Source of the DNA: Nitrospirota bacterium
Lineage (GTDB): Bacteria > Nitrospirota > UBA9217
Reading direction: 5' to 3'
DNA: 25,165 nucleotides
NCBI GenBank assembly: GCA_963741205.1
Contig: CAVUHW010000019.1
Coordinates: 1 to 25,165 of the forward strand
Part shown: positions 9,235 through 19,615 of the stretch, piece after piece
Layout of the letters: each line of letters opens with the position of its first letter
How positions within the stretch are numbered: position 1 is the stretch's first letter
The notes under the pieces: generated by a model
Seen by the model: the letters and a program-made list of their open reading frames with translations, nothing else
Databases searched by the model: none
Told to the model about the DNA's origin: nothing
Translations under genes and position numbers: made by a program

Positions 9235-10476
9235 TTATTTACCCCGTTTATGCCACAAGGCATTAACAGGGATGGCATAGAGTTCCGGACCGAACGACAA
9301 GCTCTCGGAACCGGTATAAAATACAATGCCTCGATAAAATCGCTTGCCAGTGGTCTCGGCAAGCGCACGGAGTCCTTTGAAGTCTCGGGCAATCACTGTT
9401 GAGCTTGCCTTGACCTCGATTCCTACCAGTTTTCCCGCCCGGTCTTCCACAACGATATCCACTTCCTGGCCAGTTTGGGTTCGGAAATGAAATAATTGCG
9501 GCTTGATTGAACTCCAGGTGATCTGCTTGATCAGTTCCATGATAACGAAGTTTTCGAGCAATGGACCGATAATACCGCCCGTAGCCAATCGTTCCTTATT
9601 GGCTCCGAGCAGGTGCGACATAAGGCCGGTGTCACTCATAACGAGCTTGGATGTCTTTACCAATCGCTTTCCGAGATTCCCTGACCAGGCGGGCAGATGC
9701 TGGATCAGAAACGTGGCCTCCAGGAGCGTCATGTACCGCTTGAGAGTGCTTTGAGGCATGGCAAGGGTGCGGGACAGCTCTGAGAAATTGAGAAGCGCCG
9801 GGGCGCGCGAAGCGATAATCGCCAGGAGTCTTGGCAGGCTGGTCAACCCATCGATATTGGCAAGATCCCGGATATCCCTTTGGAGGATCGTCGTGATATA
9901 TGACTCGAACCACGCCCGGCGTCTATCTTCCTTTGTTCTGCCGACCGCTTCAGGATAACCACCATTGATGATCCTGGCATGAAGTGAAGCAAGGGATTCT
10001 TTAGGCAAAGTAACAGCGTGCAGTTTGGCCGCAAACAAGCCATCCACAAAAAGCTCTTTGATCCCTTCGAGCTCTCCCTGGGAAAACGGCCAGAGACTCA
10101 ATATCTCCATCCTGCCGGCGAGGGATTCAGACAATCGAGGCAGTAAGAGGACATTGGCGGAGCCCGTAAGCAAGAACCGTCCCGGTCGCCGGTTGCGGTC
10201 TACCTCTGCCTTAATAGCAGGGAACAGCTCAGGAGCCCTCTGCACCTCATCGATGACAACAGGGCCGTCCAATCCTGACAGGAAGCCCGCTGGATCATGC
10301 TTAACAGCGGCAAGAACGGTGGCATCGTCCAGAGTGATATAGCGGGCCGGATGGGAATGTTCGGTAATGGTCTTTACGAGGGTGCTCTTACCGGTTTGCC
10401 GGGCTCCATTCAGGAGGAGAACCGGCGTATCGGACAGGGCATCCAGCAAAAGCTGAGTGATATTTCTTTTTATCAT
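9235..10476 (-). CDS. AAA_14 ATPase with DUF4143 C-terminal domain
   Basis: Walker A GARQTGKST, Walker B IDEVQR, LLTGSAN, SESLAGR, GGYPE, and C-terminal PD-(D/E)XK-like QEVDIVVE...GIEVKAS. Confidence 0.93.
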   Translation of the reverse strand: MIKRNITQLLLDALSDTPVLLLNGARQTGKSTLVKTITEHSHPARYITLDDATVLAAVKHDPAGFLSGLDGPVVIDEVQRAPELFPAIKAEVDRNRRPGRFLLTGSANVLLLPRLSESLAGRMEILSLWPFSQGELEGIKELFVDGLFAAKLHAVTLPKESLASLHARIINGGYPEAVGRTKEDRRRAWFESYITTILQRDIRDLANIDGLTSLPRLLAIIASRAPALLNFSELSRTLAMPQSTLKRYMTLLEATFLIQHLPAWSGNLGKRLVKTSKLVMSDTGLMSHLLGANKERLATGGIIGPLLENFVIMELIKQITWSSIKPQLFHFRTQTGQEVDIVVEDRAGKLVGIEVKASSTVIARDFKGLRALAETTGKRFYRGIVFYTGSESLSFGPELYAIPVNALWHKRGK

Positions 10477-10569
10477 GGCTGAATTATAGCCATTCAGTGG
10501 TTAATTTTCAACCACAAAATGCTTAAGGATTTATGATATGTCAAGGCTAGAGGATTTCAAGCGTGAACT

Positions 10570-11124
10570 TACATCGGCTACCGGTACGTGAGCGCCCTTG
10601 CCCCCGGCGCATCGAACTCGGCGAACACGACGGTAACGGTCCCCGTGAGCTTTGCCGCGGGCACGTATTACATCGGGGTCATCGCAGACTATCAGGGTAA
10701 CATCCAGGAGTCCAATGAGACGAACAACGCCCTCGCCGGCAATCAGATCACGATAGCCAGCCCCGATTTGACAATGACGGCGGTATCGGGACCGTCGAGT
10801 GCAGGGGCCGGCGGAACGAGCACAATCGCTAACACGGTAGCGGCCTCGTCATCAGGCGGCACGGCAGGCGGATTCTATGTCGGCATCTATCTATCTCCGA
10901 CCAGCACGATCACGACCACGAACACCTTCCTGGGCTACCGGTACGTGAGCGCCCTTGCCCCCGGCGCATCAAACTCGGCGAACACGACGGTAACGGTCCC
11001 CGTGGGCTTTGCCGCAGGCACGTATTACATCGGTGCCATCGTAGACTATCAGGGTAACGTCCAGGAGTCCAATGAGACGAACAACGCCCTGGCTGGCAAT
11101 CAGATTGTGGTGAGTGGTTCATAG
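10570..11124 (+). pseudogene. 5'-truncated CARDB/Ig-like repeat protein (C-terminal fragment of a secreted protein)
   Basis: Two copies of GTYYIGxIxDYQGNxQESNETNNALA, with PDLTMTAVSGP starting the second domain. The frame begins mid-domain (YIGYRYVSAL) with no RBS or signal peptide. Confidence 0.75.
10576..11105 (+). repeat. Direct repeat, 173 bp x2, period 357 bp (CARDB domain duplication)
   Basis: 10576-10748 is nearly identical to 10933-11105. Confidence 0.9.
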
Positions 11125-11387
11125 AGAACGCGGGCTATTCAGTGGGAGACGGAGACCCAATCCATGATTGAAGCTTTTATCTCCTTAAGTTTGATGTGTT
11201 GAAGCATGATCAGGCCAAGGGGAATATCGTTCTCAGTCTCGAATTGCTGATTATTGGGGACTCGTTCTTCTCTGCGATTACTTCTCAATAGTAAACTGTT
11301 CAAGTTCGGACCTGCGGCCAGCTGAATTGCCTGTGGTAAGAGGAGTGTGTATTATGCTGAGGTTGTTTCTCTAGATTCAATAAGACG

Positions 11388-12293
11388 TTAACCGGTTCTC
11401 AGGCAAACGTTGTCGCCGTCTTCCAGGTCGCCCTTCATCAGGGGGGAATCTTTTCTGTGGTTTGCGGTCTTCTCCGTCACGGCCGCTCTGCCGTCGTTCG
11501 CGTAGCAGTAAAGACAGTTAAAAAAGCACGTATTGTAAGCCCCTACATCGAAACTGGAGACGCAGCCGCATAGTTCCCGCTGCGCTTTGTCCTTCTTTAC
11601 CTCAAGCCGGCGCCCGATGATTCTGGAGATAAGCTGATCGTCGATGCACTTCCCATGGACAATGCCAAACTCCGAAAGGTCGGCCTCTTCAGCGCACGTC
11701 TCGACCTTTATACCTTGAGCTTTTCCTATGCCGGCAAAGGCTGAAGCGACAGCGCACATATCCTCCCGGGTTACCTCCCTGGCGTTCAGGCTCGTAAGCC
11801 GCTTACGGCATTTTGCGTGGAAGTCCACGAAACTCATAACGCACTTTTCAGTATAGCCCGCCAGTTTCCCTGCCAGGGATTCGAAGGACCGGCAGTGATA
11901 TTCCCTGTCCAGCTCATTCGTGATTAGAATCGGATCGTACCGCCAGATTACCCGCTCCTTGCCGATCCGCTCAGACAGCGCGATAAAGGTCGAGATCACT
12001 TCGTCCTTGGGTGACAGATTCGGTTCGATCGTTTTGTCATACGGCGTCAGGGTGAACTGAAAGTAGTAGCTGTACTTTCTTTCGTCAAGGTCCGCGAGCT
12101 TACCTACCATGTTCGCTGGGTTCTTGGTCCAAAAGACGATGCAATCCACCGCTCCCGGCTCCAAAGAAACCTTGCTAACCTGGCGGGGGTTCATGGGGTT
12201 CCGCACCATCACGGAACCCTCTTCAATGCGTTTCAGGAACCAGTCGCTGTAAAAAGCGGGGATATCGGTTCTTCTGCTTGCGCTTATGATCAT
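11388..12293 (-). CDS. DUF1848 domain protein (Fe-S / radical-SAM-like)
   Basis: MIISASRRTDIPAFY, VFWTKNP, WRYDPI and C-terminal CGCVSSFDVGAYNTCFFNCLYCYAN. ATG at 12293 has a GGAGAAGG RBS. Confidence 0.92.
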   Translation of the reverse strand: MIISASRRTDIPAFYSDWFLKRIEEGSVMVRNPMNPRQVSKVSLEPGAVDCIVFWTKNPANMVGKLADLDERKYSYYFQFTLTPYDKTIEPNLSPKDEVISTFIALSERIGKERVIWRYDPILITNELDREYHCRSFESLAGKLAGYTEKCVMSFVDFHAKCRKRLTSLNAREVTREDMCAVASAFAGIGKAQGIKVETCAEEADLSEFGIVHGKCIDDQLISRIIGRRLEVKKDKAQRELCGCVSSFDVGAYNTCFFNCLYCYANDGRAAVTEKTANHRKDSPLMKGDLEDGDNVCLRTG

Positions 12294-12350
12294 GTATCGA
12301 CCTTCTCCATTTAAACGGGCTAACATCGAAATCGCGGCAAGGCAGCAAGG

Positions 12351-15300
12351 CTATTGCAGCGACTGCAGGTACATCGAGAGCGCCTCGATATCGTCGGCCG
12401 AAAGCTGGCTCGTCATTGCCATGCGTGTCGCGAATGACGGTGATTCCCTTGGCTTGAAGCTCCGGATTGATCTGTCTGTTTCCGGCGGCGTCAACCACGA
12501 CGAGCGGGGCGAGGTTCGATGTTCCCAACTGGTCCACTAAGCAGTCTGCCCTCGGGGTAGGCCGCGTTCGGACCGGAAACAGGCGTGGGCGGATCCAGGC
12601 TCACGAGGATCGGGCCGTTGCCGTCGCCGGCCAGACTGCCGCTGGAGTCGGCGACCGTGATCGGGACCTCCGTGGGAAGCACGACAGGCGGACCTCCCAG
12701 GAAGCTGTTCGCAACCCGCCGCTTGTGGTCGGAACGCACGGTGCGGAAGTTGAACCCCCGCTCCCCGGGCTGCAGGAGCGGGGAATCGGGCGGCAGGATG
12801 ATCTCGCGGATGGAGTGCGCGGCGCCGTGATGGAGCCAGCGCGGCACGCTGTCCCAGAACGAGCGCAGATGCTTCGTGTTCCGGCTGCTGATGTTCTGGC
12901 GCGCGCCGAGGTCCTGCGGCGGGCCGAATTTCTCGAAGATATAGTTGTTTCCGAGGCGCACAAAGACCCCGTCTCCGTCAACCGTGGTTTCGGCTACGAC
13001 CCCGGGTTCATGGAGGTTGAAGTCCTGGAAGGTGTCATCCACCACGCCGTTCGTGATCTTGTTGCCGTTATGGTGGCAGCTGGCGCAGCCGCTTCCGCCC
13101 TGGTCCACTTCCAGCGTGAAGAGCTGCCTGCCCCGCTCGATCTTCGCGGCATCCGCTGCCGACGGGAACTGCGAAAGGGGGTTTGGCAAGCGCCGGGTCT
13201 CATTCTGGGTCCAGAGGATCTGGGCAAACGCCATTTCGTAGTACCCGGTGGAGAAGGCGTCTCCCTGCAGTTCGGGCCTTCCGATGGCCGCCGAATTCTC
13301 CGCGGTCTTCTGCCTGACAAAGGCATCGCGGGCCAGGAGGCGCTCCTGGAGCGTCTCCTGCGGGAAGAGCGCCGTCTTCCGCTCCGCAAGGATGATCTCG
13401 CCGTTGCACGAGGATGCGTAGCCTACCATATCGTTGGAGAGCCCCTCGAACCACTGCGGCCAGTTGTCCGAGACATCCTTGTTCTGCGGGGCCACCTTCG
13501 GTCCGCCTACGGCATTTCCGCCGACGTTCCACTGGTTGCCGTCCTGGCGGCTCTGCCAATGGCAGAAGGCGCAGGACTTGTGGCCGTCGTCGGAATAGGA
13601 CTGGGTGAAGAACCAGCGCAGCCCCTTTTCTTCGGCCGTGGCAAAGAGCCCGGAGCCGTTGCCGGCCTTGGTCGGGTCAGGGGTCTTGTCGGTCACGCCC
13701 ACGGTCACGAATCCCTGCCGCGTGAGCTTGCCGGTCTCATCGACGGAGAGAATTGAAACGTCCTCGGTCTGCATGTTGGTCGACGTACACGGTCTTGCCG
13801 TCAGGCGACACGGCGACGCCCTGCGGCGTGACGCCGCCCGTGAACTCGAAGCCCGTCTCCGTGAGGATCCCGTCGAGCGTGGCCGGGTTCTGGTTGATGC
13901 GGAAGACTTCGACCTTGTCCGAGTGCATGTGGGTGACGAACAGGAAATCGCCCCGGACGAACATCTGCTCGGGGCCGCTTCCCTGGATGATCTTCTGGCC
14001 GGCCGTGTGGTCGTGCAGATCGAAGACCTGCCCCGGCACGGCAATCATGGACAGATCGCGTCCGAAATCGACATACCGGAAAACGAACAGGTTGGTCGCA
14101 GTGTCGAACACGTTCAGTTCGCTGCCGAGATCGTCGAAGGTCGTGGCCTGCGTCGCGTCCGACATCACGGGCGTGTAGCCGAGGGGCGAGCCGTTGTTCC
14201 TGATGGCGATGCCGTCCACGAGCTTCGGCATGCCGTGCCCGGTCTCCCGCTGGTTCAGTACGGTGTTGGTCTCCTGTCCGGAGACGAAGCCCCACTTGCC
14301 GGCGATCTTCACGTCCGTGGCCAGGCCGCCCACGGGCATCACCTTGACGAGCGTGTTCGCGTCATCGGCCACGTTGATGACGGCGATGGTGTGGCCCAGG
14401 GTGTTTGCGACATAGAGGGTATTCCCGTCAGAGGAGAGGTCCAGGTCGCGCGGATGCGAGCGCTCCAGATCGTTCGTGCCGGTCGGTATCTCCGCGATCT
14501 GCGTGAACTTCGGTCCCGGATCGATGCGGAAGGCGCGCACCTGGTTTTTGACCCGGTCGGTTGTGTACAGGCGGGTGCCGGTCTTGTTGAATCTCGCCTT
14601 TTCCGCGTAAAAGCCGAGCTTGAATTGGCCGATCACGTTGTCGGTCTTTGTGTCGATCACGGTCGCGAAATTCGCGTACTGGTTCAGGACAACGACGTAG
14701 GGCGAAGCTGAAATGGCGGGGTTGTCCGGCGAGATCGCAATGCCCATCGGACGCAGGCCCCTGTCTTTCCCGGCAGCCGGAGATCGATCCACTTGACCTG
14801 ACGGGTCGCGGTGTCCATCACCGCGACCCGCCAGTCGGGATAGCCTTCCCTGCCAGGGAGCGTGACATAGAGTTTCGCGCCGTCGGCGGTAAGCGCCAGC
14901 GAGTTCGGCTGGCTGCGGAACGGCTGCGGTACGTGCGGCCAATGCTCGCCGCCGGCTTTCACGATCGGATTATTCGGATCGATGCGGTCGCCAGCGCCCG
15001 GCGCGCCGTCGAAGTAGCCGGCCCCGAACATGATCTTGGTGAACCGCGGCATGCCCGCGCGCACTCCTGCGGCCTCGGCGCCGACGATGTCTTTCACCGG
15101 GTCGGCTGTCGGGCCGGTAATGACCTGCCCCTTTGCATCGGTCTTTACAGCAGTTGAGAAAAACCGGAGATCAAAGGGGGCCTCGGGCAAGACCGGGGCG
15201 AGGGCCACACATTTGAAGGCCGGGTCGGACAGATGCCGGTGTCCTGACGTCTGGCACCCGGTTGAAATAAGGGCGCCGATCGCGGCAAGAACGGTCAGTG

Positions 15301-15358
15301 CAAACCGCCAGCCTGACAGAACAGGAACTGTCCGAATTACGGAAAGTCTTTTTCCCAT
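12351..15358 (-). CDS. ~1000-aa secreted lipoprotein: YVTN/YncE-type beta-propeller fused to a di-heme cytochrome c peroxidase/MauG-like domain (frameshifted)
   Basis: ATG at 15358 with GAGGAGG RBS and lipobox-like ISTGC. Propeller blades include LALTADGAKLYVT, LDLSSDGNTLYVAN and VAVSPDGKTVYV. Heme motifs are CAFCH (13559-13573) and CASCH (13073-13087). C-terminus is RWLHHGAA...DTHG.TSQLSADDIEALSMYLQSLQ* (TAG at 12351). ORF pieces join across frameshifts near 14770, 13780, 12540 and 12420. Confidence 0.82.
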
Positions 15359-15601
15359 GGTTTCCTCCTCATTTCGAGATAACGAGTACAATTTGCGTTT
15401 AAAAGATTAGTATATCATTTCTGTTCCGGGGATAGTTGGTGAGCCTCGTAACTCATCGAAATAAAAAAAGCGAGAGGCCATTGTTGAGGAACGACCGCAG
15501 ATACTTTTTTAAAGGAAAGTTCTTTGTGGACGTGATGGCAAAAGCATAACTCGCTCACCACGGGGGCTGCGGACACGAGCGTGAAGGAAAGAGCCCGTTG
15601 C

Positions 15602-16969
15602 TTATTCTTTTTTGAAGTCCGAGGGGTTGATGACGTATTTTTTCAGGAGATTATACAGATCAGCCCGGTACCTCCCGGCAAGGGCCGCTGCGCTGCTTAC
15701 GTTCCCCCGGGTGAGTTCAAGGAGCCTGATGAGATATCTTTTCTCGAAGTTCTCGCGGGCTTCCTTGAGCGGTTTGATCGCTTCTTCCACGGCGCATTTT
15801 TCGAGAGGGATGAGCTCCTCGCCGATGACGTCCTGTTCGGCCATGGCCGCGGCATACTCAATCGTGTTCTGGAGTTCGCGCACGTTACCGGGCCAGTCAT
15901 GGAGCATCAGCCGCTGCATGGCGGCAGGGGTCAGGCCTTTTTTCCTTTTTTCCGTCTGTTCGGAGAATTTTTTCAGGAATGCGTCAACCAGAACGGGAAT
16001 ATCATCCCTGCGTTCACGAAGAGGCGGCAATTCGATGGGAATGACGTGGATCCGGTAATAGAGGTCCTCCCGGAACTGGCCCTGTTTGACCAGTTCTTCG
16101 ATGTTCTTGTTCGTGGCGACGATTACCCGCACATCCACGTCCACCGGTTTCTCGCTGCCCACAGGGTAAAACTGGCGCTCCTGGAGCACGCGCAGGAACG
16201 TGGCCTGGATGGAGAGAGGCATGTCGCCGATCTCGTCGAGGAATATGGTCCCCTCATGGGCCTGGACAAAGAGGCCCCTGGAGGTCCTCACTGCCCCGGT
16301 GAATGATCCCTTCTCATGGCCGAAGAGTTCGCTCTCCAGGAGCGTTTCGGGAAGGGCGGCGCAGTTGATGGCCACGAAGGGCTTGTCGCTCCTGTTGCTC
16401 GCAAGGTGGATCGCCTTCGCGATGAGCTCCTTGCCCGTGCCGCTTTCCCCCCGGACGAAGACCGTGGAATCCGTTTTTGCGACCCGGGACACGGTCTCGA
16501 GCACCGCCTGCATGGCCCCGCTTCGCGAGACGATGTTCTTGAAATCATACCGCTCCGAGAGCAACCCCTGCAACCGGTCGACCTCCGAGGCAAGCTTCCT
16601 GTTCTCCAGGGCGCGTTCCACATGCAGGATCAGCTCGCGGGCGTCGAAGGGTTTCGTAAGATAGGTGAAGGCGCCCCGCTTCATCGCATCCACGGCGCTC
16701 TCGATGCTGCCGTGGGCCGTGAGGATGATGGCCGGCATGCCGGGCGCCACGCGGCGCAGTTCCTCCATGAGCGATATCCCGTCCTGGCGCACGAGCTGAA
16801 GGTCGAGAATGGCCAGGTCAAAGGCCTGCGCCACCACGGCGGCTTTTGCCTCGTCTTCGTCCGGCGCCGTGGTGACCGCATAACCGGACGTTTCCAGCCG
16901 CATCTTCATCAGCTCCAGAAGGTTCCGGTCGTCATCAACGATCAACAGTTTTGCCGCCGTCTTCTCCAT
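15602..16969 (-). CDS. Sigma54-dependent response regulator, NtrC family (GlrR/QseF-like)
   Basis: Receiver domain (IVDDD, ILDLQL, LTAHGSI, KPF), AAA+ domain (GESGTGKE, ESELFGHEKGSFTGA, FLDEIGD, WPGNVREL) and Fis-type HTH. Confidence 0.95.
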   Translation of the reverse strand: MEKTAAKLLIVDDDRNLLELMKMRLETSGYAVTTAPDEDEAKAAVVAQAFDLAILDLQLVRQDGISLMEELRRVAPGMPAIILTAHGSIESAVDAMKRGAFTYLTKPFDARELILHVERALENRKLASEVDRLQGLLSERYDFKNIVSRSGAMQAVLETVSRVAKTDSTVFVRGESGTGKELIAKAIHLASNRSDKPFVAINCAALPETLLESELFGHEKGSFTGAVRTSRGLFVQAHEGTIFLDEIGDMPLSIQATFLRVLQERQFYPVGSEKPVDVDVRVIVATNKNIEELVKQGQFREDLYYRIHVIPIELPPLRERRDDIPVLVDAFLKKFSEQTEKRKKGLTPAAMQRLMLHDWPGNVRELQNTIEYAAAMAEQDVIGEELIPLEKCAVEEAIKPLKEARENFEKRYLIRLLELTRGNVSSAAALAGRYRADLYNLLKKYVINPSDFKKE

Positions 16970-16971
16970 CG

Positions 16972-17473
16972 CTACTTTCCGAGCCCTTTCTTCATTTCTT
17001 CGATCTCGATGTCCACCTGCTTCGCCTTCTCAAAGGCCTGCAGCACGCCGACCCATATCTTCGCCTCTTCCACCAGAGGGCTGCGGGGAAATTCCCGCTC
17101 AACACGCATGAAGTAACTCAACGCCTTTTTGTAATCCTTCTTTGGATTTGCGTAGTGGGCGCTTATCAGCCCCATGTCCATGAGCGCTTCATCTCCCGGC
17201 GGTGTTTTCGGCGAGCGGGCAAGGATGTCCTGGCTCTTCTTCATCGCGCCCTCGAAATTCCCTTTGCTGAGCAGACTCTCCACGCGCATCAGGGAGTCGC
17301 TCTGAGGACACACCGGGCATTCCGCACACTTCGGTGCATTCCGGGCACCCCTGCACTCCGGACACTCCGGGGCCCGTAGGCCGGACCGGCGCACAGCCCG
17401 CTGCGATCGCCAGGATCAGGCAGGCAACTGTAACGTAAAGGTGCTGCCGTTTCCCGCTTCGCTTTCTACCCAT
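16972..17473 (-). CDS. Lipoprotein with TPR/coiled-coil region (QseG/YfhG-like position), frameshifted near 17372
   Basis: MGRKRSGKRQHLYVTVACLILAIAAGC lipoprotein signal (ORF 17189..17473) joins ORF 16972..17394 (PECPEC...DEALMDMGLISAHYANPKKDYKKALSYF...QVDIEIEEMKK). Lies between the kinase and the regulator. Confidence 0.75.
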
Positions 17474-18853
17474 ACCGAGCCTCCATGCGCTTGAATGATG
17501 TGCTTGACGATCGCCAGCCCCAGCCCGGTTCCGTGGTGTCTGCCGGTGCCGGGGACCTGACGGAACTTGTCGAAGATCGCGGTCGCATGTTCCTTGGGAA
17601 TACCCGGCCCCGTGTCGATGACCTCAACGATAACGCCATCCTTTTCCCGCCGGGCGTTGATGCTCACTGTTCCCCCGCGGGGAGTGAATTTCAAGGCATT
17701 CCCGATCAGGTTCCGCAGGACCTGGAGCATCCGCTCCGCGTCCATAGTCAGCTGCGGCAGGTCCCGCAATTCCCTGCTGATCTTAATGCGTTTTGCTTCA
17801 GCCAGCGGCCCCATTTCCTCCACGACCCTCTCGATGAGCGGGGACAGGTCGGCCTTGCCGAAGTTGAACGCCAGCAGTCCCGATTCGAGCTTCGCCAGGT
17901 CCAGAACGGAATTGACCATCCCGATGAGCCGGTTGCTTTCCTCGGCGATGATCAGGAGCACCCTTTTCTGCTTTTCCGTGACCTCGCCGCAGCATCCCTC
18001 CAGGATCAGGTTGGTCCCCTCCTTGATGGAGGTAAGCGGCGTGCGCAGCTCGTGGGACATGAGCGCGAAGAAATCGGACTTCATCCTGTCCACTTCCTTC
18101 AGTTTGCCGCACATGGTGTTGAAGGCCTGTGGCCAGAGCCCCGATTTCCGGCGAAGAGGGCACCCTCAAATCCGCCTCAAAGACGCCGTCGGCGATGTCT
18201 TTCGTCTTTTGCTGCATTTCCGAGAGGGGACGCGTAATGCTCCTGGTGATCAGCACGGCCAGAGCGATCCCGAACAGCAGGGACACGGCGCTCACCACCA
18301 TGGCGGTGGTCCGCGCCCGCCTGCCGGCCTCGCTCAGCTTTTTCACCTTGTCGAGCATGCTCTGCTGGCTCATGGTCCGGACCTTGACCAGCTCCTCGAT
18401 CGCGGCATTGATCGCACGCTCCTTTTCTTTCGTGTACCACGTGCGGTCGTAGCTCGCGCCTGCCCTGTGGTATTCCGCCTCTTCCTTGAAGAGCGTGTTA
18501 TAGGTCACGTGGAAGTCCGCCGCCCTGTTCAAGGCATCCCTCACCGCCGGACTGACGCCCAGCATGAGCGCTTCGCTGAGATTTCGTTCAAACTCCGTCC
18601 TGGATTTAAGAAACCCCTTATAGAGCTCCCGGTCCCGCACAATGAGATACTTTTTTTCATACCGCGTCTCGGACAGGAGTTCGTCCGTCATGTCTTTCTG
18701 AAGACTGATGAGGGAATTGTCCACCAGGATGATGGAATGGGCCACATCGGTCACGCTGCCGAGCTGCGCGATGAAGCGGTAACTCATTGCCGCTGCCAGG
18801 GCCAGAAGGAAAACGTATCCCAGGATCAACCTTGAAAGGATGCTAAATCTCAC
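17416..18853 (-). CDS. Sensor histidine kinase with periplasmic domain and HAMP (GlrK/QseE-like), frameshifted near 18125
   Basis: Two TM helices and HAMP (SITRPLSEM...EIGALA) in ORF 17798..18853. H-box MSHELRTPLT, N-box NLIGNALKF, DTGPGI and GTGLGLAI lie in ORF 17416..18114. Confidence 0.92.
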
Positions 18854-19200
18854 GCTTTTCGCCTTTTCAGATTCCGGTCAAGAACAGACCGCTTCATGTT
18901 CGCCGTTTTTCAACCAGTGCGAAGGATGCTTCTTCACCTGAGCTGCAAAGTATGTATACTATACCATTTTTTTGCTTTGGCTTCACCTAATTGATCGCTT
19001 TAAAAAAACATGTCTGTCTTCAACTCGATTGCCTGCCTTTCCTTATTGCCCTGCTCAGTAATTTCGTGAGTTAGATGATGCTCCGTGAATCCCGGGGAAA
19101 GGGATTGAAGTTCTCGCGGTGTCCGCAAGTGCAAAGAGATATAAGGCCAGCCTAATACAAACGCATTCAGATTCGTTCCTGCTTTGCCCCTCTTCTTTGT

Positions 19201-19238
19201 CCTCTCCCCAGAGGTGAGAGGGTTGGGTGAGGGGGGGG
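19201..19238. repeat. REP-like palindromic element
   Basis: CCTCTCCCCAGAGGTGAGAGGGTTGGGTGAGGGGGGG resembles the widespread CCCTCTCCC-N-GGGAGAGGG-N-GGGTGAGGG intergenic repeat. Single degenerate copy. Confidence 0.45.
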
Positions 19239-19348
19239 ACTTGCCGGGATGTAACATTATTTATTTCGTTCGCATTAGTTGAATTGCTGTGAAAAACTGA
19301 AGGCATGGTGCACATGGGTTGTGAAAACTAACGGGTTTATCACCATGT

Positions 19349-19366
19349 TGTATGTAATTGTGTACA
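19349..19366. promoter_or_regulatory. Candidate enhancer (bEBP binding site) TGTA-N10-TACA
   Basis: TGTATGTAATTGTGTACA lies ~170 bp upstream of the sigma54 promoter and has the same geometry as the E. coli GlrR site TGTC-N10-GACA. Confidence 0.35.
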
Positions 19367-19533
19367 GAATTTTAACATACTGATTTATTGATCATTTTAT
19401 CATATATTGCATAATATATGGGTTATCGCTGAATAAAAATCCATACAGCACGACTATTTTCTCAGACGAAAATAAAACCCTGAATTAATAAAATACGTTT
19501 ATATATCAATAAGATAAAACTATATACTAATTC

Positions 19534-19550
19534 TGGCATTTGAGTTGCAT
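19534..19550 (+). promoter_or_regulatory. Sigma54 (-24/-12) promoter
   Basis: TGGCATTTGAGTTGCAT has GG (19535-36)-N10-GC (19547-48). It follows an AT-rich IHF-like tract and sits ~65 bp upstream of the cytochrome start codon. Confidence 0.8.
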
Positions 19551-19615
19551 ATAAATGCACAGCAGAGGGGCATGAGAACAAGACATCATTTTAGGATTTA
19601 AGGAAGGACAATACT

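Noticed and set aside
12351-15358. Hydrazine synthase / anammox assignment
   Set aside because: Only the domain architecture is similar. There is no HzsA-like neighbour, and such fusions occur outside anammox bacteria.
12467-18835. Long plus-strand ORFs (12467..13756, 13605..14711, 15581..16306, 16316..17116, 17567..18835)
   Set aside because: Antisense shadows of well-supported minus-strand genes in GC-rich DNA.
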